From: Myxococcota bacterium
Lineage (GTDB): Bacteria > Myxococcota_A > UBA9160 > JAFDDA01
DNA: 64,000 nucleotides
NCBI GenBank assembly: GCA_965228475.1
Contig: OZ245817.1
Location: 2,784,001-2,848,000 of the forward strand
Direction: 5' to 3'
A model generated the notes under the pieces. It saw only the letters and a list, made by a program, of their open reading frames with translations. It was not told the DNA's origin and did no database searches. Below are positions 30,309-40,171 of the stretch, piece by piece. A program made the position numbers and the translations under genes. Numbering within the stretch: the stretch's first letter is position 1; the number at the start of each line of letters is the position of its first letter.

Positions 30309-32213
30309 ATGGCCAAGAAGGACGAGCGACCGACGATCGAACGACAGGATCAGTCCGGGACCAACCGACGCGACTTCATGAAGGGCGGGCTGGTGGTCGG
30401 CGGGAGCCTGGTCGGCGGCAGCGTGCTCGGCTGCTTCTCCCAGGACGACGCCAACCCGAGCCCCGAGCGGGCCAAGGTCCTCGAGCACGTGGAGGCCAAC
30501 AAGGCCCACGTGGCGCCCGGCAAGCTCGACGACTACTACGGCTTCTGGAGCGGCGGGCAGTCTGGCGAGGTGCGCATCCTCGGCGTGCCCTCCATGCGCG
30601 AGCTGAAGCGCATCCCGGTCTTCAACCGAGATTCGGGCACCGGCTGGGGCGGAGACGACTTCTCGAAGCAGCTCCTGGGCAACCGGATGTCCGGGGACAC
30701 CCACCACGTCCACCTCTCGTACACGGACGGCACCTACGACGGGCGCTACGTCTACGTCAACGACAAGGCGAGCGCGCGGCTGGCCCGCATCCGCTGCGAC
30801 ACGATGGAGGTCGACAAGATCACCGACATCCCGAACTCCCAGGGCACGCACGGGATCTTCCCGCAGCGGCACAAGACCGGGCTCGTCCTGTGCAACGCCG
30901 AGTTCCGGACGCCCCAGGTGAACGACGGCCGCGACATGGACGACCCGTCGAAGTACGGCGCCATGCACACGGCCATCGATGGGGAGACGATGGAGGTGAA
31001 GTGGCAGGTCCTCGTCGAGGGCAACATGGACCTCTGCGCCACGGACTACCAGGGCAACTACTCCTTCGCGACCTGTTACAACTCGGAAGGAGGCGTCGAC
31101 ATCGAAGGCATGATGGCCGCCGAGCGCGACCACCTCTACGTCTTCAACATCCCGGCGATCGAAGAAGCGGTCGCCCAGGGCAAGACGATGACGGTGGGCG
31201 ACAGCCCGGTCCCGGTGGTCGACGCGCGCGGCGAGAACGGGCCCTACGTCCTGCGCGTGCCGATCCCGAAGAGCCCCCACGGCGTGAACATCGACCCGAC
31301 GGGGAAGTACGCCGTCTGCTGCGGGAAGCTCTCGCCGACGGTGTCGGTCGTCCAGATCGACAAGCTCGCGGCGGCCTTCGCGGGTGAGATCACGCCGCGG
31401 GACACCGTCGTGGCGGAGCCCGAAGTGGGCCTCGGGCCGCTGCACACCTGCTTCGACAACCGCGGCAACGCCTACACTTCGATCTTCATCGACTCGGTGG
31501 TCACGAAGTGGGACATCGCCAAGGCCATCGAGGCCTACAACGACGAGTCGGTGAACCCGATCCTCCAGAAGCTCGACGTCCACTACCAGATCGGCCACAC
31601 CAACGCCTCCATGAGCGAGACGAAGGACGCCGACGGGAACTGGCTCGTCGCCCTGTGCAAGTTCTCGAAGGACCGGTTCCTGAACGTCGGGCCGCTGCAC
31701 GCCGAGAACGATCAGCTCGTCGACATTTCGGGCCCCGAAATGAAGCTCGTCCACGACGGGCCGACCTTCCCGGAGCCCCACGACTGCGTGCTGGTAGCGC
31801 GAGACCTGATCCATCCCTCGAAGATCATGATCCGGGACGGCGACCGCTTCGACTACTACGAGAAGCTCGCGGCAGAGGACGGCGTCAACCTGCTCGAGGC
31901 GAGCCAGGTCATCCGGAAGGGGAACCAGGTTCGCGTGTACATGGTGAGCGTGGCGCCCGCCTTCTCCCTGACCGAGTTCCGCGTGAAGAGCGGCGACGAA
32001 GTCCAGATCATCGTGACCAACCTGGACGCCGTGGAGGACCTCTCCCACGGCATGTGCGTCTCGAAGCACGACGTGAACTTCCTGATCAACCCTCGGGACA
32101 CGAGGAGCATGACCTTCACCGCAGGGGCGCCCGGCGTCTACTGGTACTACTGCCCCTGGTTCTGCCACGCGCTGCATCTCGAGATGCGGGGGCGGATGAT
32201 CGTCGAGGCGTAG
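30309..32213 (+). CDS. nosZ: Nitrous oxide reductase, Tat-exported, clade I-type
   Basis: GGAGG RBS; Tat motif NRRDFMK; FWSGGQSG; CuZ His motifs DTHHVH, GTHG, SPHG, GPLH, IGH, EPHD; CuA motif WYYCPWFCHALHLEM. Confidence 0.97.
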   Translation: MAKKDERPTIERQDQSGTNRRDFMKGGLVVGGSLVGGSVLGCFSQDDANPSPERAKVLEHVEANKAHVAPGKLDDYYGFWSGGQSGEVRILGVPSMRELKRIPVFNRDSGTGWGGDDFSKQLLGNRMSGDTHHVHLSYTDGTYDGRYVYVNDKASARLARIRCDTMEVDKITDIPNSQGTHGIFPQRHKTGLVLCNAEFRTPQVNDGRDMDDPSKYGAMHTAIDGETMEVKWQVLVEGNMDLCATDYQGNYSFATCYNSEGGVDIEGMMAAERDHLYVFNIPAIEEAVAQGKTMTVGDSPVPVVDARGENGPYVLRVPIPKSPHGVNIDPTGKYAVCCGKLSPTVSVVQIDKLAAAFAGEITPRDTVVAEPEVGLGPLHTCFDNRGNAYTSIFIDSVVTKWDIAKAIEAYNDESVNPILQKLDVHYQIGHTNASMSETKDADGNWLVALCKFSKDRFLNVGPLHAENDQLVDISGPEMKLVHDGPTFPEPHDCVLVARDLIHPSKIMIRDGDRFDYYEKLAAEDGVNLLEASQVIRKGNQVRVYMVSVAPAFSLTEFRVKSGDEVQIIVTNLDAVEDLSHGMCVSKHDVNFLINPRDTRSMTFTAGAPGVYWYYCPWFCHALHLEMRGRMIVEA

Positions 32214-32215
32214 CC

Positions 32216-34309
32216 CTGCGGAACCGCCCCTTCTGGCGCGCATGCTTGCTGTGGGTCGGGGCGGCCTGGGTCGTCGCCTCCGGGAGCCCGGCGCGGGCGA
32301 GCGGCGAAGCCCCGAGCGAGCTCGACTGCGCGGCCCTGCCCTGCGCCGAGGTCCTGTCCGGCGCGGTCTCCTTCGAGCCCGCGGAGGGTGCGAAGCACTG
32401 GGTCGGGCATGACGCCGCCGGAGAACTCTCCGGCTGGGTCGCGCTCTCGACGGACTTCGTCGACATCAAGGCGTACTCGGGGAAGCCGCTCGTCACGCTG
32501 GTGGGCCTCGACCCGGGCGGCGTCATCACCGGGGCGCGGGTGGTCCATCACAGCGAGCCGATCCTACTGATCGGCATCCCGGAGTCCGCACTCACGGACT
32601 TCGTCGGACACTACGCCGGCAAGCGCGCGACCCAGCGGATCGTCGTCGGGCGCTCGGACGACCCCGATACGATCGCGGTCGACGCCATCTCCGGCGCGAC
32701 CGTCACCGTCCTCGCCCAGAACCACACGATCCTCGAGGTCGCGCGCAAGCTCGCGGTGAACCTCGGCGTGATCGACGCCGCCTCGATCCGGCCGGGCCGC
32801 TTCCTCGCGGAAGAGGAGCCCTGGACCTTCGAGCAGATGATCGACGAGGGCGCCTTCGGCCGCCTGACCGTGACCGAAGCCGAGATGGGCGTCTCCGATT
32901 CGAAGGCCCCCTTCATCGACCTCTACTTCGCGATCGCCGACGCACCCCACATCGGCCGCGCGCTCATCCGCGAAGGCGACTACCGCCACTACATGAGCCG
33001 GCTCGAACCCGGCGAACACCTCGTCGTGGTCCTCGGCCGGGGCAGTGGCTCCTTCAAGGGTTCGGGCTTCGTGCGCGGCGGCGTCTTCGACCGCGTCCGC
33101 CTCGAGCAGGGCCTGCGCGAGATCTCCTTCCGCGACACCGACTACTACAACCTCTCGGGCACGCCCCTCGAAGGCGCTCCCGCCTTCGACGAGGGCGCGG
33201 TCTTCATCGCCCGCCGGGGCCTGCTCGACCCCGGAGACCGCTACGACCTCGTCTTCCTCGGCAGCCGCTACGACCGTAAGAGCGCCTTCAGCCGCGACTT
33301 CCGCGAGTTCCGCGCCTCGCACCGCCTGCCCCGCAGCGTCTACCAACTCGAGGGCGCCGCGGACCTCGCGCCCTGGCAGCAGGCCTGGGTGAACCGGCGC
33401 GCGGACGCCGTCGTCCTCACGATCTTCCTGCTTGGCGTGATCGGCGTCTTCGTCGCCCGCCGCACCACGACGGGAGCGCCCGGACGCATCGAACGCATCC
33501 ACGTCGCGGCCCTCGTGGTGAGCTTCTTGCTCGTCGGCGTGTACATGGGCGCGCAGCCCTCGGTGACCCAGATCCTGACGCTGCTCGGCTCGGCCGCCGG
33601 CGAGTGGCGGTGGGAACTCTTCCTGAGCGAGCCCCTCATCTTCATCTCCTGGATCTTCATCGCCGTCGTGTCCGTCATCTGGGGACGCGGCGTGTTCTGC
33701 GGCTGGGTCTGTCCCTACGGCGCGATGACCGAGCTGCTCTTCAAGGCGTCCCAGAAGCTCGGACTGCGGAGCTACGAACTCCCCGACCGCATCCACCTGA
33801 AGCTCCGCCACCTCCGCTACGCCGTCCTGCTGATCCTCGTCGTGGCCTTCTTCGTCGACAGCGTGCTCGGGGAACGGATGGCCGAGGTCGAGCCGTTCAA
33901 GTCGACCTTCCTCGTGCCCGCGTGGGAGCGAAGCTGGCCCTTCCTCGCCTGGTGGCTGGCCCTGCTCGCGCTCTCGACCTTCATGTACAGGCCCTTCTGC
34001 CGCTACGTCTGCCCGCTGGGCGGGGGTCTCGCCCTGTTCGGGAGCTTCCGCTTCTCGGGCCCGCGGCGGCGGCGCTTCTGCACGAGCTGCAAGATCTGCA
34101 CGCGTGGATGCGAGCCGCGGGCCATCCGGCCCGATGGCACCATCGACTCTCGCGAGTGTCTCTCCTGCATGGAGTGCGAAGCCAACTACCGCGACGCCGC
34201 GGTCTGCCCTCCGCTCGTCGGCGTGAAGCGCCTCGAGGTCGGGGACTTCATCGCCGAGGCGAAGCGCGAGAAGCTGGCGAAGCTCAAGCGCGATCTGGAG
34301 CGAGTTTGA
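32216..34309 (+). CDS. nosR: NosR/NirI-family flavinylated membrane Fe-S protein (start uncertain: CTG 32216 or TTG 32246)
   Basis: AYSGKP, HSEPI, FMN-attachment motif DAISGATVT, GRGVFCGWVCPYG, EVEPFK, CRYVCPLG, CTSCKICTRGC, CLSCMEC. Confidence 0.92.
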   Translation: MRNRPFWRACLLWVGAAWVVASGSPARASGEAPSELDCAALPCAEVLSGAVSFEPAEGAKHWVGHDAAGELSGWVALSTDFVDIKAYSGKPLVTLVGLDPGGVITGARVVHHSEPILLIGIPESALTDFVGHYAGKRATQRIVVGRSDDPDTIAVDAISGATVTVLAQNHTILEVARKLAVNLGVIDAASIRPGRFLAEEEPWTFEQMIDEGAFGRLTVTEAEMGVSDSKAPFIDLYFAIADAPHIGRALIREGDYRHYMSRLEPGEHLVVVLGRGSGSFKGSGFVRGGVFDRVRLEQGLREISFRDTDYYNLSGTPLEGAPAFDEGAVFIARRGLLDPGDRYDLVFLGSRYDRKSAFSRDFREFRASHRLPRSVYQLEGAADLAPWQQAWVNRRADAVVLTIFLLGVIGVFVARRTTTGAPGRIERIHVAALVVSFLLVGVYMGAQPSVTQILTLLGSAAGEWRWELFLSEPLIFISWIFIAVVSVIWGRGVFCGWVCPYGAMTELLFKASQKLGLRSYELPDRIHLKLRHLRYAVLLILVVAFFVDSVLGERMAEVEPFKSTFLVPAWERSWPFLAWWLALLALSTFMYRPFCRYVCPLGGGLALFGSFRFSGPRRRRFCTSCKICTRGCEPRAIRPDGTIDSRECLSCMECEANYRDAAVCPPLVGVKRLEVGDFIAEAKREKLAKLKRDLERV

Positions 34310-35580
34310 GCCGGGCGAACGCGAGCCGCGCGGTCGCGGCCGCATTGGCCTTCCTGGCCGCCGCGGTCCATCCCGCAGCCTCCGCGGAGGTGATCCGCGT
34401 CGGGGAACACGCCCCGACGCCCCAGGCCGCCCTGGCCGCGGCCCGGGAGGGCGACGTGGTCGAGCTGCCCTCGGGCCGATGGCCCGGACCTCTCCGGCTC
34501 GACCGACCCGTCACGCTCCGCGGAGCCGGTGGGATCCTCGACGGCGGCGGGGTCGGAACGGTGCTCACGATCGACGCCCCCGGAGCCGTGGTCGAGAACC
34601 TGGCGCTCGCGAACGGCGGGGCCGACGTCGGCGCCCCGGACGCCTGCATCTTCATCACGCCGCGCGCGCAGGGCGCGGTGGTGCGCGGCAACACGATGCG
34701 GGGCTGCGCGTTCGGTGTCTGGGTCCATGAGACCCACGGCGTCGAGATCCTCGACAACCGCATCGACGGCCGAACCGACCTGCGCGTCGCGGACCGCGGA
34801 AACGGGATTCACCTCTTCGATGCGAGCGAGCTGGTCGTGCGCGGAAACGTCGTGCGCCAGGCACGGGATGGAATCTACGTCTCCGCCACCGAAGACAGCC
34901 TGATCGAGGGCAACCGGACCGAGAACCAGCGCTTCGGCATTCACTACATGTACTCGTACCGCAACACCCTGCGCGGGAACGCCAGCCACGACAACGTCGT
35001 GGGCATGGCCCTCATGGAGAGCCTCCACCTCGTGGTCGAGGACAACGAGGCCTTCCGCAACGAGCGCAACGGCATCCTCTTCCGCGACGTCCAGTTCTCG
35101 ACGATCCACCGCAATCGGCTCGAAGGAAACGGCTACGGCATGTTCTTCTTCTCGAGCACGGAGAACTCGATCGTCGGCAACCGCATCGCGGGCAACGACG
35201 TCGGGCTGAAGATCTGGGCGGGCACCCGGCGCAACGTCATGGAGGAAAACCAGATCGTCGGCAACCGCCAGCAGATCTTCTACGTGGGCGCGGAGGATCA
35301 GATCTGGGGTACCGAGGGCCGCGGCAACCATTGGGGCGACTACATCGGCTGGGATCAGGACGGGGACGGCATCGGCGACCGTCCGCACCGCGTCGACAGC
35401 TTCAAGGCACGGCTCACGTATCAGTATCCCGCCGCGATCCTGCTCCTGCACAGCCCCGCGCTCGAGATGCTCTCGCACCTTTCCGACTCGCTCCCGCTCC
35501 TGCAGACTCCGACCGTGGTCGATCGCTCTCCGCTGCTCGACGAGGCGGCCTCGCCGGCGCTCGATGAGGCCTCGCCATAG
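34306..35580 (+). CDS. nosD: Nitrous oxide reductase maturation protein NosD
   Basis: TTG overlapping the nosR TGA; beta-helix repeats, RGNGIHLF, RDGIY, RFGIHYMYS, GNHWGDY.GWD..GDGIGD. Confidence 0.95.
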   Translation: MSRANASRAVAAALAFLAAAVHPAASAEVIRVGEHAPTPQAALAAAREGDVVELPSGRWPGPLRLDRPVTLRGAGGILDGGGVGTVLTIDAPGAVVENLALANGGADVGAPDACIFITPRAQGAVVRGNTMRGCAFGVWVHETHGVEILDNRIDGRTDLRVADRGNGIHLFDASELVVRGNVVRQARDGIYVSATEDSLIEGNRTENQRFGIHYMYSYRNTLRGNASHDNVVGMALMESLHLVVEDNEAFRNERNGILFRDVQFSTIHRNRLEGNGYGMFFFSSTENSIVGNRIAGNDVGLKIWAGTRRNVMEENQIVGNRQQIFYVGAEDQIWGTEGRGNHWGDYIGWDQDGDGIGDRPHRVDSFKARLTYQYPAAILLLHSPALEMLSHLSDSLPLLQTPTVVDRSPLLDEAASPALDEASP

Positions 35581-36485
35581 ACGCCTTCACCGCATCCGGG
35601 GTCCGGGTGCGCCTGGGCCGCGTCCAGGCGCTCGACGGCGTCGACGTCACCCTCGCCGGCGGGCGGGTGACCATGCTCGCGGGCCCGAACGGCGCCGGGA
35701 AGACGACGCTCATGAAGGTCGTCCTCGGGCTCGTGCGAGCCGACGCGGCGTCCTTCGCCGTGGACGGCGCGCCGATCGCCATCGACAGGGCCTGGAAACG
35801 GCGGGTCGGCTACCTGCCCGAGGCCGTCGCCTTCTCGGACAACCTGAGCGGCCAGCAGGTGCTCGGCTTCTTCGCTCGCGCGCGCGGCGTCGCGGGCCAA
35901 CGCGTCGACGCGGTCCTCGAGCAGGTCGGGCTCGCCCACGCGCGCCGGCGTGCCGTGCGCGGCTACTCACGCGGCATGCGCCAGCGGCTCGGCCTCGGCG
36001 TCGCGATCCTCGCGAGCCCCGAGTTCCTGATCCTCGACGAACCGACCGCGGGCCTCGATCAGGAAGGCCTCTCGGTGCTCTGGGCCGTTCTCGACGAGTG
36101 GCGGGCCGCGGGGAGGCTGGTCTTCGTCTCGACCCACGACCTCGCACTCACCGAAGGCCGCGTCGACGAGATCTGCCTGCTGCGCGCGGGACGCGTCCTC
36201 CTCCAGGGGAGCGCGGAGCGTCTGCGCCGCGAAGCCGACCTGCCCCACCGCGTCTGGTTCGAACTCGACGCGGCCGAGGGGCGGCGCTTCGAGGAAGCCG
36301 TCGCGAGCTGGGGCCGGGGTGGCGTCGAGCGCGACGGGCATCAGCTACGCGTCGACGTCGCACCCGGCCACCTGCTCGAGCTGATGCGGATCCAGGGAGA
36401 GTTCCCGGAGGCGATCCGCAGCCTGCGGGTCGAGGAAGCCGCCTTCGACCGCGTCTACGAGACGCTCCTGGCGGCCGGATCGTGA
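35577..36485 (+). CDS. nosF: ABC transporter ATP-binding protein NosF (start uncertain: ATA 35577 or GTG 35607)
   Basis: Walker A GPNGAGKTT, GYLPE, YSRGMRQR, LILDEPT, STH; position in the nos operon. Confidence 0.92.
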   Translation: MDAFTASGVRVRLGRVQALDGVDVTLAGGRVTMLAGPNGAGKTTLMKVVLGLVRADAASFAVDGAPIAIDRAWKRRVGYLPEAVAFSDNLSGQQVLGFFARARGVAGQRVDAVLEQVGLAHARRRAVRGYSRGMRQRLGLGVAILASPEFLILDEPTAGLDQEGLSVLWAVLDEWRAAGRLVFVSTHDLALTEGRVDEICLLRAGRVLLQGSAERLRREADLPHRVWFELDAAEGRRFEEAVASWGRGGVERDGHQLRVDVAPGHLLELMRIQGEFPEAIRSLRVEEAAFDRVYETLLAAGS

Positions 36486-37276
36486 GCCGCGTCGGCTACG
36501 CCCTCGCCCGCCACGAACTCTCGGAGCGCATTCGGGACCGCTGGGTGCTCGTCGTGAGCGTGCTCTTCGCCCTGCTCGCCTCGGGCGTGAGCCTCTACGG
36601 CCGCGTCGCCGAGGCCGACCTCGACGCCATGACCGGCCCGAGCCTGGTCACGCTCTCGGCACTCCTGGTCCCGCTCGTCGCCATGGTGCTCAGCCACGAC
36701 GCGATCGTGGGAGAGCGGGACCGCAACACGCTCGGTCTCCTGCTCTCGCTCCCGGTGAGCCCGCTCGAAGTGGTCGCCGCCAAGTACGTCGGCCGAGCGC
36801 TCGCCCTCACCCTGGCCGTCGTCTTCGGCCTCGGGGCGGCCATGCTCGCCAGCGGTCCGGCGGGCGCGCGCACCCTCCTCGCCCTGGCGGGGCCGACCCT
36901 CCTGCTCGGCCTGGCCTTCCTCTCGCTCGGCCTGCTCATCTCGGCGTGCACGCGCCGCCAGGTCGCCGCCGCGAGCGCCGTGGTGGTGGTCTGGTTCCTC
37001 CTCGTCTTCTTCTACGACCTCGCCCTGCTCGGCGTGCTCGTCGTCTCCGACGGCGCCGTCTCCCAGCAGGCGGTTTCGTCGCTCGTCCTCGCCAACCCGG
37101 CCGGGCTCTTCCGGCTGCAGATGATGCACGCCTTCGCGGGGCCCGAGATGCTCCGCACCCTCGGCATGAGCGTCGCGATGCCGGAACCCGGAACCCTCTG
37201 GCTACTCTGGGCGGCATGGCTCGTGCTGCCCGTCGCGGTCAGCGGAATCCTCCTCACTCGAGCGAAGGTGACCTGA
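36482..37276 (+). CDS. nosY: ABC transporter permease NosY
   Basis: GTG overlapping the nosF TGA; LVPLVAM..SHDAIVGE...TL.LLLSLPVS, FFYDLALLG, NPAGLFR. Confidence 0.93.
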   Translation: MSRVGYALARHELSERIRDRWVLVVSVLFALLASGVSLYGRVAEADLDAMTGPSLVTLSALLVPLVAMVLSHDAIVGERDRNTLGLLLSLPVSPLEVVAAKYVGRALALTLAVVFGLGAAMLASGPAGARTLLALAGPTLLLGLAFLSLGLLISACTRRQVAAASAVVVVWFLLVFFYDLALLGVLVVSDGAVSQQAVSSLVLANPAGLFRLQMMHAFAGPEMLRTLGMSVAMPEPGTLWLLWAAWLVLPVAVSGILLTRAKVT

Positions 37277-37818
37277 TGCCCCGAACTCCGACTCGCCTGA
37301 CCCTTGCCATGACCGCGGCCGTCGCCGCGGCGCTGGCCGTCGCCTGCACCGCCGAGGACGCCTCGGAGCCCGCCGCGCCGCTCACGACCGTCGCCATCGA
37401 CGACCAGGCGGGCGCCGTCTGCGGCATGATCGTCCGGGATCAATCGGCCCCCCGGGCCCAGGTCGTGCACCGGGACGGCGAGCGCGCCTTCCTCTGCTCG
37501 ATCGGCGACCTGCTCGTCCACGTCCTGGCACCTTCCCCCCACGGCAAGGCGGAAGCGATCTGGGTCGAGGTGCTGACGCCCGAGCAGGATCCGGCCGAGA
37601 GCCACACGGGCCCCCACGAGTGGGTGCGGGCCGAGGACGCCGTCTACGTCGTCGGGATCGAGCGGCGCGGCATCATGGGCCCGCCGGTCCTGGTCTACCG
37701 GACGCGAGAAGACGCGGAGCGGGTCACCGCCGGGACGGCGGGCCGGGTTCTCGACTTCGAGGGCCTGAAAGGTTGGTGGCAGGAACGCGGGAGCGAAACG
37801 CCGGGCCACCAGCACTAG
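37276..37818 (+). CDS. nosL: Copper chaperone lipoprotein NosL
   Basis: Lipobox AVAC; VCGM, PRAQ, CSIGDL, AVYVVG....IMG. Confidence 0.9.
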   Translation: MPRTPTRLTLAMTAAVAAALAVACTAEDASEPAAPLTTVAIDDQAGAVCGMIVRDQSAPRAQVVHRDGERAFLCSIGDLLVHVLAPSPHGKAEAIWVEVLTPEQDPAESHTGPHEWVRAEDAVYVVGIERRGIMGPPVLVYRTREDAERVTAGTAGRVLDFEGLKGWWQERGSETPGHQH

Positions 37819-37844
37819 CCAAGAAGGACTGTACAGTCCCGCCC

Positions 37845-39065
37845 ATGTCGAAGACGGTCGTGGTGGGGGGCGGTGCGGCCGGGCTGATGGCGGCGATCTT
37901 CGCCGGGCGCGGCGGTGCATCGGTGACCGTGCTCGAGGGCGCACGCGCCTGCGGCCTCAAGATCCTCGTGAGCGGCGGCGGACGCTGCAACGTCCTCCCC
38001 ATCGAGTCCGATCTCGGCGACTTCTACACCTCGGGCTCGCGCAACGTGCTCGCCCGGCTCTTCCGCACCTGGGGCCTCGCGGAGGTGACCGCTTTCTTCG
38101 AGCGCGAGCTCGGCATCCCGCTCCTCCGTGAAGAGGCGACGGGCAAGCTCTTTCCCGAGAGCGGCTCGGCGCGCACCGTTCGCGACCGCCTCGTGGAAGA
38201 GGCGCGCGCGGCCGGCGCCACGATCCACGTCGGCCACCGCGTCACGGGGATCGAGCCCGTCGACGACGGCTTCGTGGTGCACGGGATGCGGGAAGGCCGC
38301 AGCGTCGACGTCGCGGCCGAGCGCATCATCCTCGCCTCGGGCGGCCAGTCGCTCCCCAAGAGCGGCTCGGACGGCGCGGGCTACGGGTTCGCTCGGCGGC
38401 TCGGCCACGAGCTCGTCGAGCGCTATCCGGCGCTCGTCCCCCTCCACTCCCCCGACCCGGAGCTGCGCGAACTCTCCGGGCTCTCCGTGCCCGTCCGCTG
38501 GACGGCGCTCCGGGGCCAGAAGGCGATCGAGACCCGCACGCGTGAGTTCCTGTTCACCCACCGCGGCTACTCGGGCCCGGCCATCCTGGACGCCAGCCAC
38601 TGGGTGACGCGCGAGGGCGCGGGCCTGCGCGTCGCCTGGGACGGCCTCGACGAAGAGGCCTGGCGCCGGCACTTCGAGGCCGAATCCCGCAAGCGGATCG
38701 ACGTGCTGACGAGCGAGCGCCTCCCCCGTCGGCTCGCCGAACTCCTGCTCGCGCGCGCCGACGTTCTCGGCAAGACCCGGGCCCGCAGCCTGAACCCGAA
38801 GCAGCTGCGCCGCCTGCTGCGACTGCTCTCCGCCTTCGAGCTCCCCGTCGAGGGAGACGGCGGCTACGCCAAGGCCGAGGTCACCGGCGGTGGCGTCGCG
38901 CTTGGCGAGGTGAACCCCTCCACGCTCGAAAGCCGCCGAACCCCGGGCCTCTACCTCTGCGGCGAGATCTTCGACACGATCGGCCGCATGGGCGGGTTCA
39001 ACTTCCTCTGGGCCTGGATCACCGGGCGGCTGGCCGGGGAGAGCGCGGCCCGCCGCGGCCCCTGA
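37845..39065 (+). CDS. HI0933/YhiN/BaiN-like flavoprotein
   Basis: VGGGAAGL, KILVSGGGRCN, GKLFP, LFTHRGYSGP, VTGGGV, GLYLCGE, GGFNF. Confidence 0.92.
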   Translation: MSKTVVVGGGAAGLMAAIFAGRGGASVTVLEGARACGLKILVSGGGRCNVLPIESDLGDFYTSGSRNVLARLFRTWGLAEVTAFFERELGIPLLREEATGKLFPESGSARTVRDRLVEEARAAGATIHVGHRVTGIEPVDDGFVVHGMREGRSVDVAAERIILASGGQSLPKSGSDGAGYGFARRLGHELVERYPALVPLHSPDPELRELSGLSVPVRWTALRGQKAIETRTREFLFTHRGYSGPAILDASHWVTREGAGLRVAWDGLDEEAWRRHFEAESRKRIDVLTSERLPRRLAELLLARADVLGKTRARSLNPKQLRRLLRLLSAFELPVEGDGGYAKAEVTGGGVALGEVNPSTLESRRTPGLYLCGEIFDTIGRMGGFNFLWAWITGRLAGESAARRGP

Positions 39066-39098
39066 AAAAGGAAGAGGCCCGCCGGAGCGGGCCTCTTC
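39064..39098 (-). terminator. Rho-independent terminator between convergent genes
   Basis: GAAGAGGCCCGC-cgga-GCGGGCCTCTTC (12-bp stem, 39071-39098); T-run follows on the minus strand. Confidence 0.85.
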
Positions 39099-39122
39099 GG
39101 AGTCGAACTCGATGCGTCGGCG

Positions 39123-40037
39123 TCAGCCTTCGCGCCGGTTTCCCGCGATGCCGAGGCCGAGCAGGCTCAGGGCCAGCAGGACCGCCGTGCCGGGCTCCGG
39201 AACGGTGATGCTGAGGCTGAAGAGGCCGTTGTAGCCCTCGCTACCCGTCGCGGTCTCGTCGGCCGTGAAGCCGCCGCCCGCCACGTTGTTGAAGCCGAAC
39301 ACGGCCGCGGCCTCGTCGCCGCCGTTGGCCGAGCTGCAGATGAAGCCCGAGCAGTCGGCGTTCGAGAACGCGTCCAGCGTGAAGCTGATGACCATGTTGA
39401 TCGTGTCGTCACCGACGCCCGCGATCTGGTTCAGGTTCGAGTCGCTGAACACGGAGCTGCACCCGCCCTGGCCGCACGAGGTGCTGGCCGCGGTCGAGAG
39501 TGAGTAGTCGTTCCCGTCGAAGATCACGTTGACGTCGGTCATGCCGGCGTTCGACGCGTTCTGGGTGCCGACCTCGACCGAGGTGTCGTCCACGATCTTG
39601 ACGAAGCCCGAGGCGTTCTGGTCGATGTCGAGCGTCCAGCTGTCCAGCGGGTTGTCCACGTCCACCGTGAAGGTGAGCGAGTAGTTCACGTGGAGAGCCT
39701 GGTACTCGTTCGTGAAGTCCGTCAGCGCATCCGAGGCCGCCGCCGCATCGAGCGTGAAGCTCGTGTTCAGCGTACCGGCGCCGGTGTCCGACACGGTGCC
39801 ACCGGTGGTGATCCCGGTGACGTTCAAGTCGTTGACCAGCGCGTTGTCGAAGCAGGCGCTGTTGCCGGGGTTGTACGCGACGAGCCCGCCGCTGTTGTCG
39901 CCGTTCGAATTCTGGCATTGACTGTTGTTGGTTGCGACGTAAGAGAACGTCGCGGCACTCGCCTGTCCGGCGAAGAGCCCGAAGGCCGCCAGCACCGCCA
40001 GGTGCCGCGCGCCCATCCCGTAGCTGCAGTTGCGCAT
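39123..40037 (-). CDS. PEP-CTERM sorting-domain surface protein
   Basis: Signal peptide ending ASA; Asn/Ser/Thr/Gly-rich body; C-terminus TVPEPGTAVLLALSLLGLGIAGNRREG; alternative ATG at 40016. Confidence 0.88.
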   Translation of the reverse strand: MRNCSYGMGARHLAVLAAFGLFAGQASAATFSYVATNNSQCQNSNGDNSGGLVAYNPGNSACFDNALVNDLNVTGITTGGTVSDTGAGTLNTSFTLDAAAASDALTDFTNEYQALHVNYSLTFTVDVDNPLDSWTLDIDQNASGFVKIVDDTSVEVGTQNASNAGMTDVNVIFDGNDYSLSTAASTSCGQGGCSSVFSDSNLNQIAGVGDDTINMVISFTLDAFSNADCSGFICSSANGGDEAAAVFGFNNVAGGGFTADETATGSEGYNGLFSLSITVPEPGTAVLLALSLLGLGIAGNRREG

Positions 40038-40155
40038 CTTCCGATGATCCCTTCCCGGCCCGGGGCGGCGGTGAAGCCGAAGCCCGGGCACGTGTCTCGT
40101 TGACATGGGAACGCCTGCAACCCGCAACAGGAGCCCCTTCCCGACCGCGGGCTAG

Positions 40156-40171
40156 TGCACGGTCCGTGCCA
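40156..40171 (-). promoter_or_regulatory. Sigma-54 (-24/-12) promoter of the PEP-CTERM gene
   Basis: Minus strand reads TGGCAC-ggacc-GTGCA; AT-rich tract immediately upstream (about 40180-40270). Confidence 0.75.

Noticed and set aside
37845..39065. HI0933-like flavoprotein as a substitute for NosX/ApbE
   Set aside because: It is a cytoplasmic Rossmann-fold family unrelated to flavin transferases; adjacency alone is not evidence
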